DNA from: the human T2T-CHM13v2.0 reference genome, Homo sapiens
Direction: 5' to 3' (one strand)
DNA length: 64,000 bases
NCBI RefSeq assembly: GCF_009914755.1
Contig: NC_060927.1
Each line of letters begins with the position of its first letter. Position 1 is the first letter of the stretch. The notes beneath the pieces are model-generated. The model was not told the origin of the DNA, did no database searches, and saw nothing but the letters and a program-made list of their open reading frames with translations. Positions 15,851 through 29,900 of the stretch are shown here, one piece after another. The position numbers and the translations under genes were made by a program.

Positions 15851-17793
15851 ATATCAAAGAACACCAGATATATATTCTATAGTGTACATAAAATATCAAA
15901 GTACCCAAACTATACATTATATACTGTTCATAAAATATGAAATTACATCATATATATATTAGGTACATAAAATATGAAAGTACATCAAATATATATTTTA
16001 TTCTGTACATAAAATATCAAAGTACACCAGATATATATTCTATAGTGTACTTAAAATAACAAAGTACACAAACTATAAATTATATACTGTACATAAAATA
16101 TGAAATTACATCAAATATATATTAGGTACTTAAAATATGAAAGTACATCAAATATAGATTATATACTGTACATATAATATCAATGTACCCGAAATATATA
16201 TTTTATACTCTACATGAAATATCAAAGTTCACAAACCATATATTGTATACTGCACATAAAATATCAAAATACCCAAGGTATATATTCTATACTGTACAAA
16301 AAATATCAAAGTACCCAAAGCAGGTATTATATAGTGTATATAAAATATGAAACTACATCAAATATATATTTTATTCTGTACATAAAATATCAAAGTACAC
16401 CAGATATATATTCTATAGTGTACATAAAATATCAAGGTACCCAAACTATACATTATATACTGTACATAAAATATGAAATTACATCAAATATATATTATAT
16501 TAGGTACATAAAATACGAAAGTACATCAAATATAGATTATATACTGTACATAAAATATCAAAGTACCCCAATATATATTATATACTGTACATGAAATATC
16601 AAAGTTCACAAACTATATATTATGTACTGTACATAAAATATCAAAGTACCCAAGGTATATATTCTATACTGTACAAAAAATATCAAAGTACCCAAAGCAT
16701 GTATTATATAATGTACATAAAATATGAAAGTACATCAAATATATATTTTATTCTGTACATAAAATGTCAAAGAACACCAGATATATATTCTATAGTGTAC
16801 ATAAAATATCAAAGTACCCAAACTATACATTATATACTGTACATAAAATATGAAATTACATCATATATATATTAGGTACATAAAATATGAAAGTACATCA
16901 AATATATATTTTATTCTGTACATAAAATATCAAAGTACACCAGATATATATTCTATAGTGTACATAAAATAACAAAGTACACAAACTATAAATTATATAC
17001 TGTACATAAAATATGAAATTACATCAAATATATATTAGGTACATAAAATATGAAAGTACATCAAATATAGATTATATACTGTACATATAATATCAATGTA
17101 CCCGAAATATATATTTTATACTCTACATGAAATATCAAAGTTCACAAACCATATATTGTATACTGCACATAAAATATCAAAATACCCAAGGTATATATTC
17201 TATACTGTACAAAAAATATCAAAGTACCCAAAGCAGGTATTATATACTGTACATAAAATATGAAAGTACATCAAATATATATTTTATTCTGTACATAAAA
17301 TATCAAAGTACACCAGATATATATTCTATAGCGTACATAAAATATCAAAGTACACAAACTATACATTATATACTGTACATAAAATATGAAATTACATCAA
17401 ATATATATTATATTAGGTATATAAAATATGAAAGTACATCAAATATAGATTATATACTGTAAATATAATATTATTGTACCCCAAATATATATTTTATACT
17501 CTACATGAAATATCAAAGTTCACAAACCATATATTATATACTGTACATAAAATATCAAAGTACCCAAGGTATATATTCTATACTGTACAAAAAATATCAA
17601 AGTACCCAAAGCATGTATTATATACTGTACATAAAATATGAAAGTACATCAAATATATATTTTATTCTGTACATAAAATATCAAAGTACACCAGATATAT
17701 ATTCTATAGTGTACATAAAATATCAAAGTACCCAAACTACACATTATATACTGTACATAAAATATGAAATTACATCAAATATATATTATATTA

Positions 17794-18171
17794 GGTACAT
17801 GAAATATGAAAGTACATCAAATATAGATTATATACTGTACATAAAATATGAAAGTACCCCAAATATATATTATATACTCTGCATGAAATATCAAAGTTCA
17901 CAAACTATATATTATATACTGTACATAAAATATCAAAGTACCCAAGGTATATATTCTATACTGTACAAAAAATATCAAAGTATCCAAAGCATGTATTATA
18001 TACTGTATATAAAATATGAAAGTACATCAAATATATATTTTATTCTGTACATAAAATATCAAAGTACACCAGATATATATTCTATAGTGTACATAAAATA
18101 TCAAAGCACCCAAACTATACATTATATACTGTACATAAAATATGAAATTACAGCAAATATATATTATATTA
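17794..18171 (+). repeat. Example of a full-length 378-bp 9-mer HOR
   Basis: The HOR-boundary motif TTAGGTAC recurs with its first G at 17794, 18172 and 18550 (378-bp spacing). Nine distinguishable monomers translate as M1 ESTSNIDY, M2 QSTPNIYY/F, M3 MKYQSSQTI, M4 QSTQGIYS, M5 KKYQSTQSM, M6 ESTSNIYF, M7 QSTPDIYSIV, M8 QSTQTIHY, M9 EITSNIYYIR. Confidence 0.95.
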
Positions 18172-20850
18172 GGTACATAAAATATGAAAGTACATCAAAT
18201 ATAGATTATATACTGTACATTAAATACCAAAGTACCCCAAATATATATTTTATACTGTACATGAAATATCAAAGTTCACAAACTATATATTATATACTGT
18301 ACATAAAATATCAATGTACCCAAGGTATATATTCTACACTGCACAAAAAATATCAAAGTACCCAAAGCATGTATTATATACTGTATATAAAATATGAAAG
18401 TACATCAAATATATATTTTATTCTGTACATAAAATATCAAAGTACACCAGATATATATTCTATAGTGTACATAAAATATCAAAGTACCCAAACTATACAT
18501 TATATACTGTACATAAAATATGAAATTACATCAAATATATATTATATTAGGTACATAAAATACGAAAGTACATCAAATATAGATTATATACTGTACATAA
18601 AATATCAAAGTACCCCAATATATATTATATACTGTACATGAAATATCAAAGTTCACAAACTATATATTATGTACTGTACATAAAATATCAAAGTACCCAA
18701 GGTATATATTCTATACTGTACAAAAAATATCAAAGTACCGAAAGCATGTATTATATAATGTACATAAAATATGAAAGTACATCAAATATATATTTTATTC
18801 TGTACATAAAATATCAAAGAACACCAGATATATATTCTATAGTGTACATAAAATATCAAAGTACCCAAACTATACATTATATACTGTACATAAAATATGA
18901 AATTACATCATATATATATTAGGTACATAAAATATGAAAGTACATCAAATATATATTTTATTCTGTACATAAAATATCAAAGTACACCAGATATATATTC
19001 TATAGTGTACATAAAATATCAAAGTACCCAAACTATACATTATATACTGTACATAAAATATGAAATTACAGCAAATATATATTATATTAGGTACATAAAA
19101 TATGAAAGTACATCAAATATAGATTATATACTGTACATTAAATACCAAAGTACCCCAAATATATATTTTATACTGTACATGAAATATCAAACTTGACAAA
19201 CTATATATTATATACTGTACATAAAATATCAATGTACCCAAGGTATATATTCTATACTGCACAAAAAATATCAAAGTACCCAAAGCATGTATTATATACT
19301 GTATATAAAATATGAAAGTACATCAAATATATATTTTATTCTGTACATAAAATATCAAAGTACACCAGATATATATTCTATAGTGTACATAAAATATCAA
19401 AGTACCCAAACTATACATTATATACTGTACATAAAATATGAAATTACATCAAATATATATTATATTAGGTACATAAAATACGAAAGTACATCAAATATAG
19501 ATTATATACTGTACATAAAATATCAAAGTACCCCAATATATATTATATACTGTACATGAAATATCAAAGTTCACAAACTATATATTATGTACTGTACATA
19601 AAATATCAAAGTACCCAAGGTATATATTCTATACTGTACAAAAAATATCAAAGTACCCAAAGCATGTATTATATAATGTACATAAAATATGAAAGTACAT
19701 CAAATATATATTTTATTCTGTACATAAAATATCAAAGAACACCAGATATATATTCTATAGTGTACATAAAATATCAAAGTACCCAAACTATACATTATAT
19801 ACTGTACATAAAATATGAAATTACATCATATATATATTAGGTACATAAAATATGAAAGTACATCAAATATATATTTTATTCTGTACATAAAATATCAAAG
19901 TACACCAGATATATATTCTATAGTGTACATAAAATATCAAAGTACACAAACTATACATTATATACTGTACATAAAATATGAAATTACAGCAAATATATAT
20001 TATATTAGGTACATAAAATATGAAAGTACATCAAATATAGATTATATACTGTACATTAAATACCAAAGTACCCCAAATATATATTTTATACTGTACATGA
20101 AATATCAAAGTTGACAAACTATATATTATATACTGTACATAAAATATCAATGTACCCAAGGTATATATTCTATACTGCACAAAAAATATCAAAGTACCCA
20201 AAGCATGTATTATATACTGTATATAAAATATGAAAGTACATCAAATATATATTTTATTCTGTACATAAAATATCAAAGTACACCAGATATATATTCTATA
20301 GTGTACATAAAATATCAAAGTACCCAAACTATACATTATATACTGTACATAAAATATGAAATTACATCAAATATATATTATATTAGGTACATAAAATACA
20401 AAAGTACATCAAATATAGATTATATACTGTACATAAAATATCAAAGTACCCCAATATATATTATATACTGTACATGAAATATCAAAGTTCACAAACTATA
20501 TATTATGTACTGTACATAAAATATCAAAGTACCCAAGGTATATATTCTATACTGTACAAAAAATATCAAAGTACCCAAAGCATGTATTATATAATGTACA
20601 TAAAATATGAAAGTACATCAAATATATATTTTATTCTGTACATAAAATATCAAAGAACACCAGATATATATTCTATAGTGTACATAAAATATCAAAGTAC
20701 CCAAACTATACATTATATACTGTACATAAAATATGAAATTACATCATATATATATTAGGTACATAAAATATGAAAGTACATCAAATATATATTTTATTCT
20801 GTACATAAAATATCAAAGTACACCAGATATATATTCTATAGTGTACATAA
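18050..20850 (+). repeat. Three tandem copies of a 918-bp (22-monomer) unit, repeated at ~60710-63510
   Basis: The TTACAGCAAA marker G lies at 18153, 19071 and 19989. ORF starts at 18638, 19556 and 20474. 918 = 22x42 - 5 - 1. Confidence 0.92.
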
Positions 20851-20920
20851 AATAACAAAGTACACAAACTATAAATTATATACTGTACATAAAATATGAA
20901 ATTACATCAAATATATATTA

Positions 20921-23900
20921 GGTACATAAAATATGAAAGTACATCAAATATAGATTATATACTGTACATATAATATCAATGTACCCGAAATATATATTTT
21001 ATACTCTACATGAAATATCAAAGTTCACAAACCATATATTGTATACTGCACATAAAATATCAAAATACCCAAGGTATATATTCTACACTGTACAAAAAAT
21101 ATCAAAGTACCCAAAGCAGGTATTATATACTGTACATAAAATATGAAAGTACATCAAATATATATTTTCTTCTGTACATAAAATATCAAAGTACACCAGA
21201 TATATATTCTATAGCGTACATAAAATATCAAAGTACACAAACTATACATTATATACTGTACATAAAATATGAAATTACATCAAATATATATTATATTAGG
21301 TACATAAAATATGAAAGTACATCAAATATAGATTATATACTGTACATTAAATACCAAAGTACCCCAAATATATATTTTATACTGTACATGAAATTTCAAA
21401 GTTCACAAACTATATATTATATACTGTACATAAAATATCAAAGTACCCAAGGTATATATTCTATAGTGTACAAAAAATATCAAAGTACCCAAAGCATGTA
21501 TTATATACTGTACATAAAATATGAAAGTACATCAAATATATATTTTATTCTGTACATAAAATATCAAAGTACACCAGATATATATTCTATAGTGTATATA
21601 AAATATCAAAGTACCCAAACTATACATTATATACTGTACATAAAATATGAAATTACATCAAATATATATTATATTAGGTACATAAAATATGAAAGTACAT
21701 GAAGTATAGATTATATACTGTACATAAAATATCAAAGTACCCCAAATTTATATTATATACTATACATGAAATATCAAAGTTCACAAACTATATATTATAT
21801 ACTGTACATAAAATATCAAAGTACCCAAGGTATATATTCTATAGTGTACAAAAAATATCAAAGTACCCAAAGCATGTATTATATACCGTACATAAAATAT
21901 AAAATTACATCAAATATATATTTTATTCTGTACATAAAATATCAAAGTACACCAGATATATATACTATAGTGTACATAAAATATCAAAGTACCCAAACTA
22001 TACATTATACACTGTACATAAAATATGAAATTATATCAAATATATATTAGGTACATAAAATATGAAAGTACATCAAATATAGATTATATACTGTAAATAT
22101 AATATCAATGTACCCCAAATATATATTTTATACTCTACATGAAATATCAAAGTTCACAAACCATATATTATATACTGTACATAAAATATCAAAGTACCCA
22201 AGTTATATATTCTATACTGTACAAAAAATATCAAAGTACCCAAAGCATGTATTATATACTGTACATAAAATATGAAAGTACATCAAATATATATTTTATT
22301 CTGTACATAAAATATCAAAGTACACCAGATATATATTCTATAGTGTACATAAAATGTCAAAGTACCCAAACTATACATTATATACTGTACATAAAATATG
22401 TAATTACATCAAATATATATTATATTAGGTACATAAAATAAGAAAGTACATCAAATATAGATTATATACTGTACATAAAATATCAAAGTACCCCAAATAT
22501 ATATTATATACTCTACATGAAATATCAAAGTTCACAAACTATATATTATATACTGTACATAAAATATCAAAGTACCCAAGGTATATATTCTATACTGTAC
22601 AAAAAATATCAAAGTACCCAAAGCATGTATTATATACTGTATATAAAATAAGAAAGTACATTAAATATATATTTTATTCTGTACATAAAATATCAAAGTA
22701 CACCAGATATATATTCTATAGTGTACATAAAATAACAAAGTACACAAACTATAAATTATATACTGTACATAAATTATGAAATTACATCAAATATATATTA
22801 GGTACATAAAATATGAAAGTACATCAAATATAGATTATATACTGAACATATAACATCAATGTACCCCAAATATATATTTGATACTCTACATGAAATATCA
22901 AAGTTCAGAAACCATACATTATATACTGTACATAAAATATCAAAGTACCCAAGGTATATATTCTATACTGTACAAAAAATATCAAAGTACCCAAAGCATG
23001 TATTATATACTGTACATAAAATATGAAAGTACATCAAATATATATTTTATTCTGTACATAAAATATCAAAGTACACCAGATATATATTCTATAGTGTACA
23101 TAAAATATCAAAGTACCCAAACTATACATTATATACTGTACATAAAATATGAAATTACAGCAAATATATATTATAATAGGTACATAAAATATGAAAGTAC
23201 ATCAAATATAGATTATATACTGTACATTAAATACCAAAGTACCCCAAATATATATTTTATACTGTACATGAAATATCAAAGTTCACAAACTATATATTAT
23301 ATACTGTACATAAAATATCAATGTACCCAAGGTATATATTCTATACTGTACAAAAAATATCAAAGTACCCAAAGCATGTATTATATACTGTACATAAAAT
23401 ATGAAAGTACATCAAATATATATTTTATTCTGTACATAAAATATCAAAGTACACTAGATATATATTCTATAGTGTACATAAAACATCAAAATACCCAAAC
23501 TATACATTATATACTGTACATAAAATATGAAATTACATCAAATATATATTAGGTACATAAAATATGAAAGTACATCAAATATAGATTATATACTGAACAT
23601 ATAATATCAATGTACCCGAAATATATATTTGATACTCTACATGAAATATCAAAGTTCAGAAACCATACATTATATACTGTACATAAAATATCAAAGTACC
23701 CAAGGTATATATTCTATACTGTACAAAAAATATCAAAGTACCCAAAGCATGTATTATATACTGTACATAAAATATGAAAGTACATCAAATATATATTTTA
23801 TTCTGTACATAAAATATCAAAGTACACCAGATATATATTCTATAGTGTACATAAAATATCAAAGTACCCAAACTATACATTATATACTGTACATAAAATA

Positions 23901-26900
23901 TGAAATTACATCAAATATATATTATATTAGGTACATAAAATATGAAAGTACATCAAATATAGATTATATACTGTACATTAAATACCAAAGTAACCCAAAT
24001 ATATATTTTATACTGTACATGAAATATCAAAGTTCACAAACTATATATTATATACTGTACATAAAATATCAAAGTACCCAAGGTATATATTCTATACTGT
24101 ACAAAAAATATCAAAGTACCCAAAGCATGTATTATATACTGTATATAAAATAAGAAAGTACATTAAATATATATTTTATTCTGTACATAAAATATCAAAG
24201 TACACCAGATATATATTCTATAGTGTACATAAAATAACAAAGTACACAAACTATAAATTATATACTGTACATAAAATATGAAATTACATCAAATATATAT
24301 TAGGTACATAAAATATGAAAGTACATCAAATATAGATTATATACTGAACATATAATATCAATGTACCCCAAATATATATTTGATACTCTACATGAAATAT
24401 CAAAGTTCAGAAACCATACATTATATACTGTACATAAAATATCAAAGTACCCAAGGTATATATTCTATACTGTACAAAAAATATCAAAGTACCCAAAGCA
24501 TGTATTATATACTGTACATAAAATATGAAAGTACATCAAATATATATTTTATTCTGTACATAAAATATCAAAGTACACCAGATATATATTCTATAGTGTA
24601 CATAAAGTATCAAAGTACCCAAACTATACATTATATACTGTACATAAAATATGAAATTACAGCAAATATATATTATATTAGGTACATAAAATATGAAAGT
24701 ACATCAAATATAGATTATATACTGTACATTAAATACCAAAGTACCCCAAATATATATTTTATACTGTACATGAAATATCAAAGTTTACAAACTATATATT
24801 ATATACTGTACATAAAATATCAAAGTACCCAAGGTATATATTCTATACTGTACAAAAAATATCAAAGTACCCAAAGCATGTATTATATACTGTATATAAA
24901 ATAAGAAAGTAAATTAAATATACATTTTATTCTGTACATAAAATATCAAAGTACACCAGATATATATTCTATAGTGTACATAAAATAACAAAGTACACAA
25001 ACTATAAATTATATACTGTACATAAAATATGAAATTACATCAAATATATATTAGGTACATAAAATATGAAAGTACATCAAATATAGATTATATACTGAAC
25101 ATATAATATCAATGTACCCGAAATATATATTTTATACTCTACATGAAATATCAAAGTTCACAAACCATATATTGTATAGTGCACATAAAATATCAAAATA
25201 CCCAAGGTATATATTCTATACTGTACAAAAAATATCAAAGTACCCAAAGCAGGTATTATATAGTGTACATAAAATATGAAAGTACATCAAATATATATTT
25301 TATTCTGTACATAAAATATCAAAGTACACCAGATATATATTCTATAGCGTACATAAAATATCAAAGTACACAAACTATAGATTATATACCGTACGTAAAA
25401 TATGAAATTACATCAAATATATATTATATTAGGTACATAAAATATGAAAGTACATCAAATATAGATTATATACTGTACATTAAATACCAAAGTACCCCAA
25501 ATATATATTTTATACTGTACATGAAATTTCAAAGTTCACAAACTATATATTATATACTGTACATAAAATATCAAAGTACCCAAGGTATATATTCTATAGT
25601 GTACAAAAAATATCAAAGTACCCAAAGCATGTATTATATACTGTAGATAATATATGAAAGTACATCAAATATATATTTTATTCTGTACATAAATTATCAA
25701 AGTACACCAGATATATATTCTATAGTGTACATAAAATATCAAAGTACCCAAACTATACGTTATATACTGTACATAAAATATGAAATTACATCAAGTATAT
25801 ATTATATTAGGTACATAAAATATGAAAGTACATGAAGTATAGATTATATACTGTACATAAAATATCAAAGTACCCCAAATTTATATTATATACTATACAT
25901 GAAATATCAAAGTTCACAAACTATATATTATATACTGTACATAAAATATCAAAGTACCCAAGGTATATATTCTATAGTGTACAAAAAATATCAAAGTACC
26001 CAAAGCATGTATTATATACCGTACATAAAATATAAAATTACATCAAATATATATTTTATTCTGTACATAAAATATCAAAGTACACCAGATATATATACTA
26101 TAGTGTACATAAAATATCAAAGTACCCAAACTATACATTATACACTGTACATAAAATATGAAATTATATCAAATATATATTAGGTACATAAAATATGAAA
26201 GTACATCAAATATAGATTATATACTGTAAATATAATATCAATGTACCCCAAATATATATTTTATACTCTACATGAAATATCAAAATTCACAAACCATATA
26301 TTATATACTGTACATAAAATATCAAAGTACCCAAGTTATATATTCTATACTGTACAAAAAATATCAAAGTACCCAAAGCATGTATTATATACTGTACATA
26401 AAATATGAAAGTACATCAAATATATATTTTATTCTGTGCATAAAATATCAAAGTACACCAGATATATATTCTATAGTGTACATAAAACATCAAAATACCC
26501 AAACTATACATTATATACTGTACATAAAATATGAGATTACATCAAATATATATTATATTAGGTACATAAAATATGAAAGTACATCAAATATAGATTATAT
26601 ACCGTACATAAAATATCAAAGTACCCCGAATATATATTATATACTCTACATGAAATATCAAAGTTCACAAACTATATATTATATACTGTACATAAAATAT
26701 CAAAGTACACCAGATACATATTCTATAGTGTACATAAAATAACAAAGTACACAAACTATAAATTATATACTGTACATAAAATATGAAATTACATCAAATA
26801 TATATTAGGTACATAAAATATGAAAGTACATCAAATATAGATTATGTACTGAACATATAATATCAATGTACCCCAAATATATATTTGATACTCTACATGA

Positions 26901-29900
26901 AATATCAAAGTTCAGAAACCATACATTATATACTGTACATAAAATATCAAAGTACCCAAGGTATATATTCTATACTGTACAAAAAATATCAAAGTACCCA
27001 AAGCATGTATTATATACTGTAGATAATATATGAAAGTACATCAAATATATATTTTATTCTGTACATAAAATATCAAAGTACACCAGATATATATTCTATA
27101 GTGTACATAAAATATCAAAGTACCCAAACTATACATTATATACTGTACATAAAATATGAAATTACATCAAATATATATCAGGTACATAAAATATGAAAGT
27201 ACATCAAATAGATATTTTATTCTGTACATAAAATATCAAAGTACACCAGATATATATTCTATAGTGTACATAAAATAACAAAGTACACAAACTATAAATT
27301 ATATACTGTACATAAAATATGAAATTACATCAAATATATATTAGGTACATAAAATATGAAAGTACATCAAATATAGATTATATACTGTACATATAATATC
27401 AATGTACCCGAAATATATATTTTATACTCTACATGAAATATCAAAGTTCACAAACCATATATTGTATAGTGCACATAAAATATCAAAATACCCAAGGTAT
27501 ATATTCTATACTGTACAAAAAATATCAAAGTACCCAAAGCAGGTATTATATACTGTACATAAAATATGAAAGTACATCAAATATATATTTTATTCTGTAC
27601 ATAAAATATCAAAGTACACCAGATATATATTCTATAGCGTACATAAAATATCAAAGTACACAAACTATACATTATATACTGTACATAAAATATGAAATTA
27701 CATCAAATATATATTATATTAGGTACATAAAATATGAAAGTACATCAAATATAGATTATATACTGTACATTAAATACCAAAGTACCCCAAATATATATTT
27801 TATACTGTACATGAAATTTCAAAGTTCACAAACTATATATTATATACTGTACATAAAATATCAAAGTACCCAAGGTATATATTCTATAGTGTACAAAAAA
27901 TATCAAAGTACCCAAAGCATGTATTATATACTGTAGATAAAATATGAAAGTACATCAAATATATATTTTATTCTGTACATAAAATATCAAAGTACACCAG
28001 ATATATATTCTATAGTGTACATAAAATATCAAAGTACCGAAACTATACATTATATACTGTACATAAAATATGAAATTACATCAAATATATATTATATTAG
28101 GTACATAAAATATGAAAGTACATGAAGTATAGATTATATACTGTACATAAAATATCAAAGTACCCCAAATTTATATTATATACTATACATGAAATATCAA
28201 AGTTCACAAACTATATATTATATACTGCACATAAAATATCAAAGTACCCAAGGTATATATTCTATAGTGTACAAAAAATATCAAAGTACCCAAAGCAAGT
28301 ATTATATACCGTACATAAAATATAAAATTACATCAAATATATATTTTATTCTGTACATAAAATATCAAAGTACACCAGATATATATACTATAGTGTACAT
28401 AAAATATCAAAGTACCCAAACTATACATTATACACTGTACATAAAATATGAAATTATATCAAATATATATTAGGTACATAAAATATGAAAGTACATCAAA
28501 TATAGATTATATACTGTAAATATAATATCAATGTACCCCAAATATATATTTTATACTCTACATGAAATATCAAAGTTCACAAACCATATATTATATACTG
28601 TACATAAAATATCAAAGTACCCAAGTTATATATTCTATACTGTACAAAAAATATCAAAGTACCCAAAGCATGTATTATATACTGTACATAAAATATGAAA
28701 GTACATCAAATATATATTTTATTCTGTACATAAAATATCAAAGTACACCAGATATATATTCTATAGTGTACATAAAATATCAAAGTACCCAAACTATACA
28801 TTATATACTGTACATAAAATATGAGATTACATCAAATATATATTATATTAGGTACATAAAATAAGAAAGTACATCAAATATAGATTATATACTGTACATA
28901 AAATATCAAAGTACCCCGAATATATATTATATACTCTACATGAAATATCAAAGTTCACAAACTATATATTATATACTGTACATAAAATATCAATGTACCC
29001 AAGGTATATATTCTATACTGTATAAAAAATATCAAAGTATCCAAAGCATGTTTTATATACTGTATATAAAATATGAAAGTACATTAAAGATATATTTTAT
29101 TCTGTACATAAAATATCAAAATACACCAGATATATATTCTATAGTGTACATAAAATAACAAAGTACACAAACTATAAATTATATACTGTACATAAAATAT
29201 GAAATTACATGAAATATATATTAGGTACATAAAATATGAAAGTACATCAAATATAGATTATATACTGTACATATAATATCAATGTACCCCAAATATATAT
29301 TTTATACTCTACATGAAATATCAAAGTTCACAAACCATACATTATATACTGTACATAAAATATCAAAGTACCCAAGTTATATATTCTATACTGTACAAAA
29401 GATATCAAAGTACCCAAAGCATGTATTATATACTGTATATAAAATATGAAAGTACATCAAATATATATTATATACTGTACATAAAATATCAAAGTACACC
29501 AGATATATATTCTATAGTGTACATAAAATATCAAAGTACCCAAACTATACATTATATACTGTACATAAAATATGAGATTACATCAAATATATATTATATT
29601 AGGTACATAAAATATGAAAGTACATCAGATATAGATTATATACTGTACATAAAATATCAAAGTACCCCAAATATATATTATATACTCTACATGAAATATC
29701 AAAGTTCACAAACTATATATTATATACTGTACATAAAATATCAAAGTACCCAAGGTATATATTCTATACTATACAAAAAATATCAAAATACCCAAAGCAT
29801 GTATTATATACTGTATATAAAATATGAAAATACATTAAATATATATTTTATTCTGTACATAAAATATCAAAGTACACCAGATATATATTCTATAGTGTAC

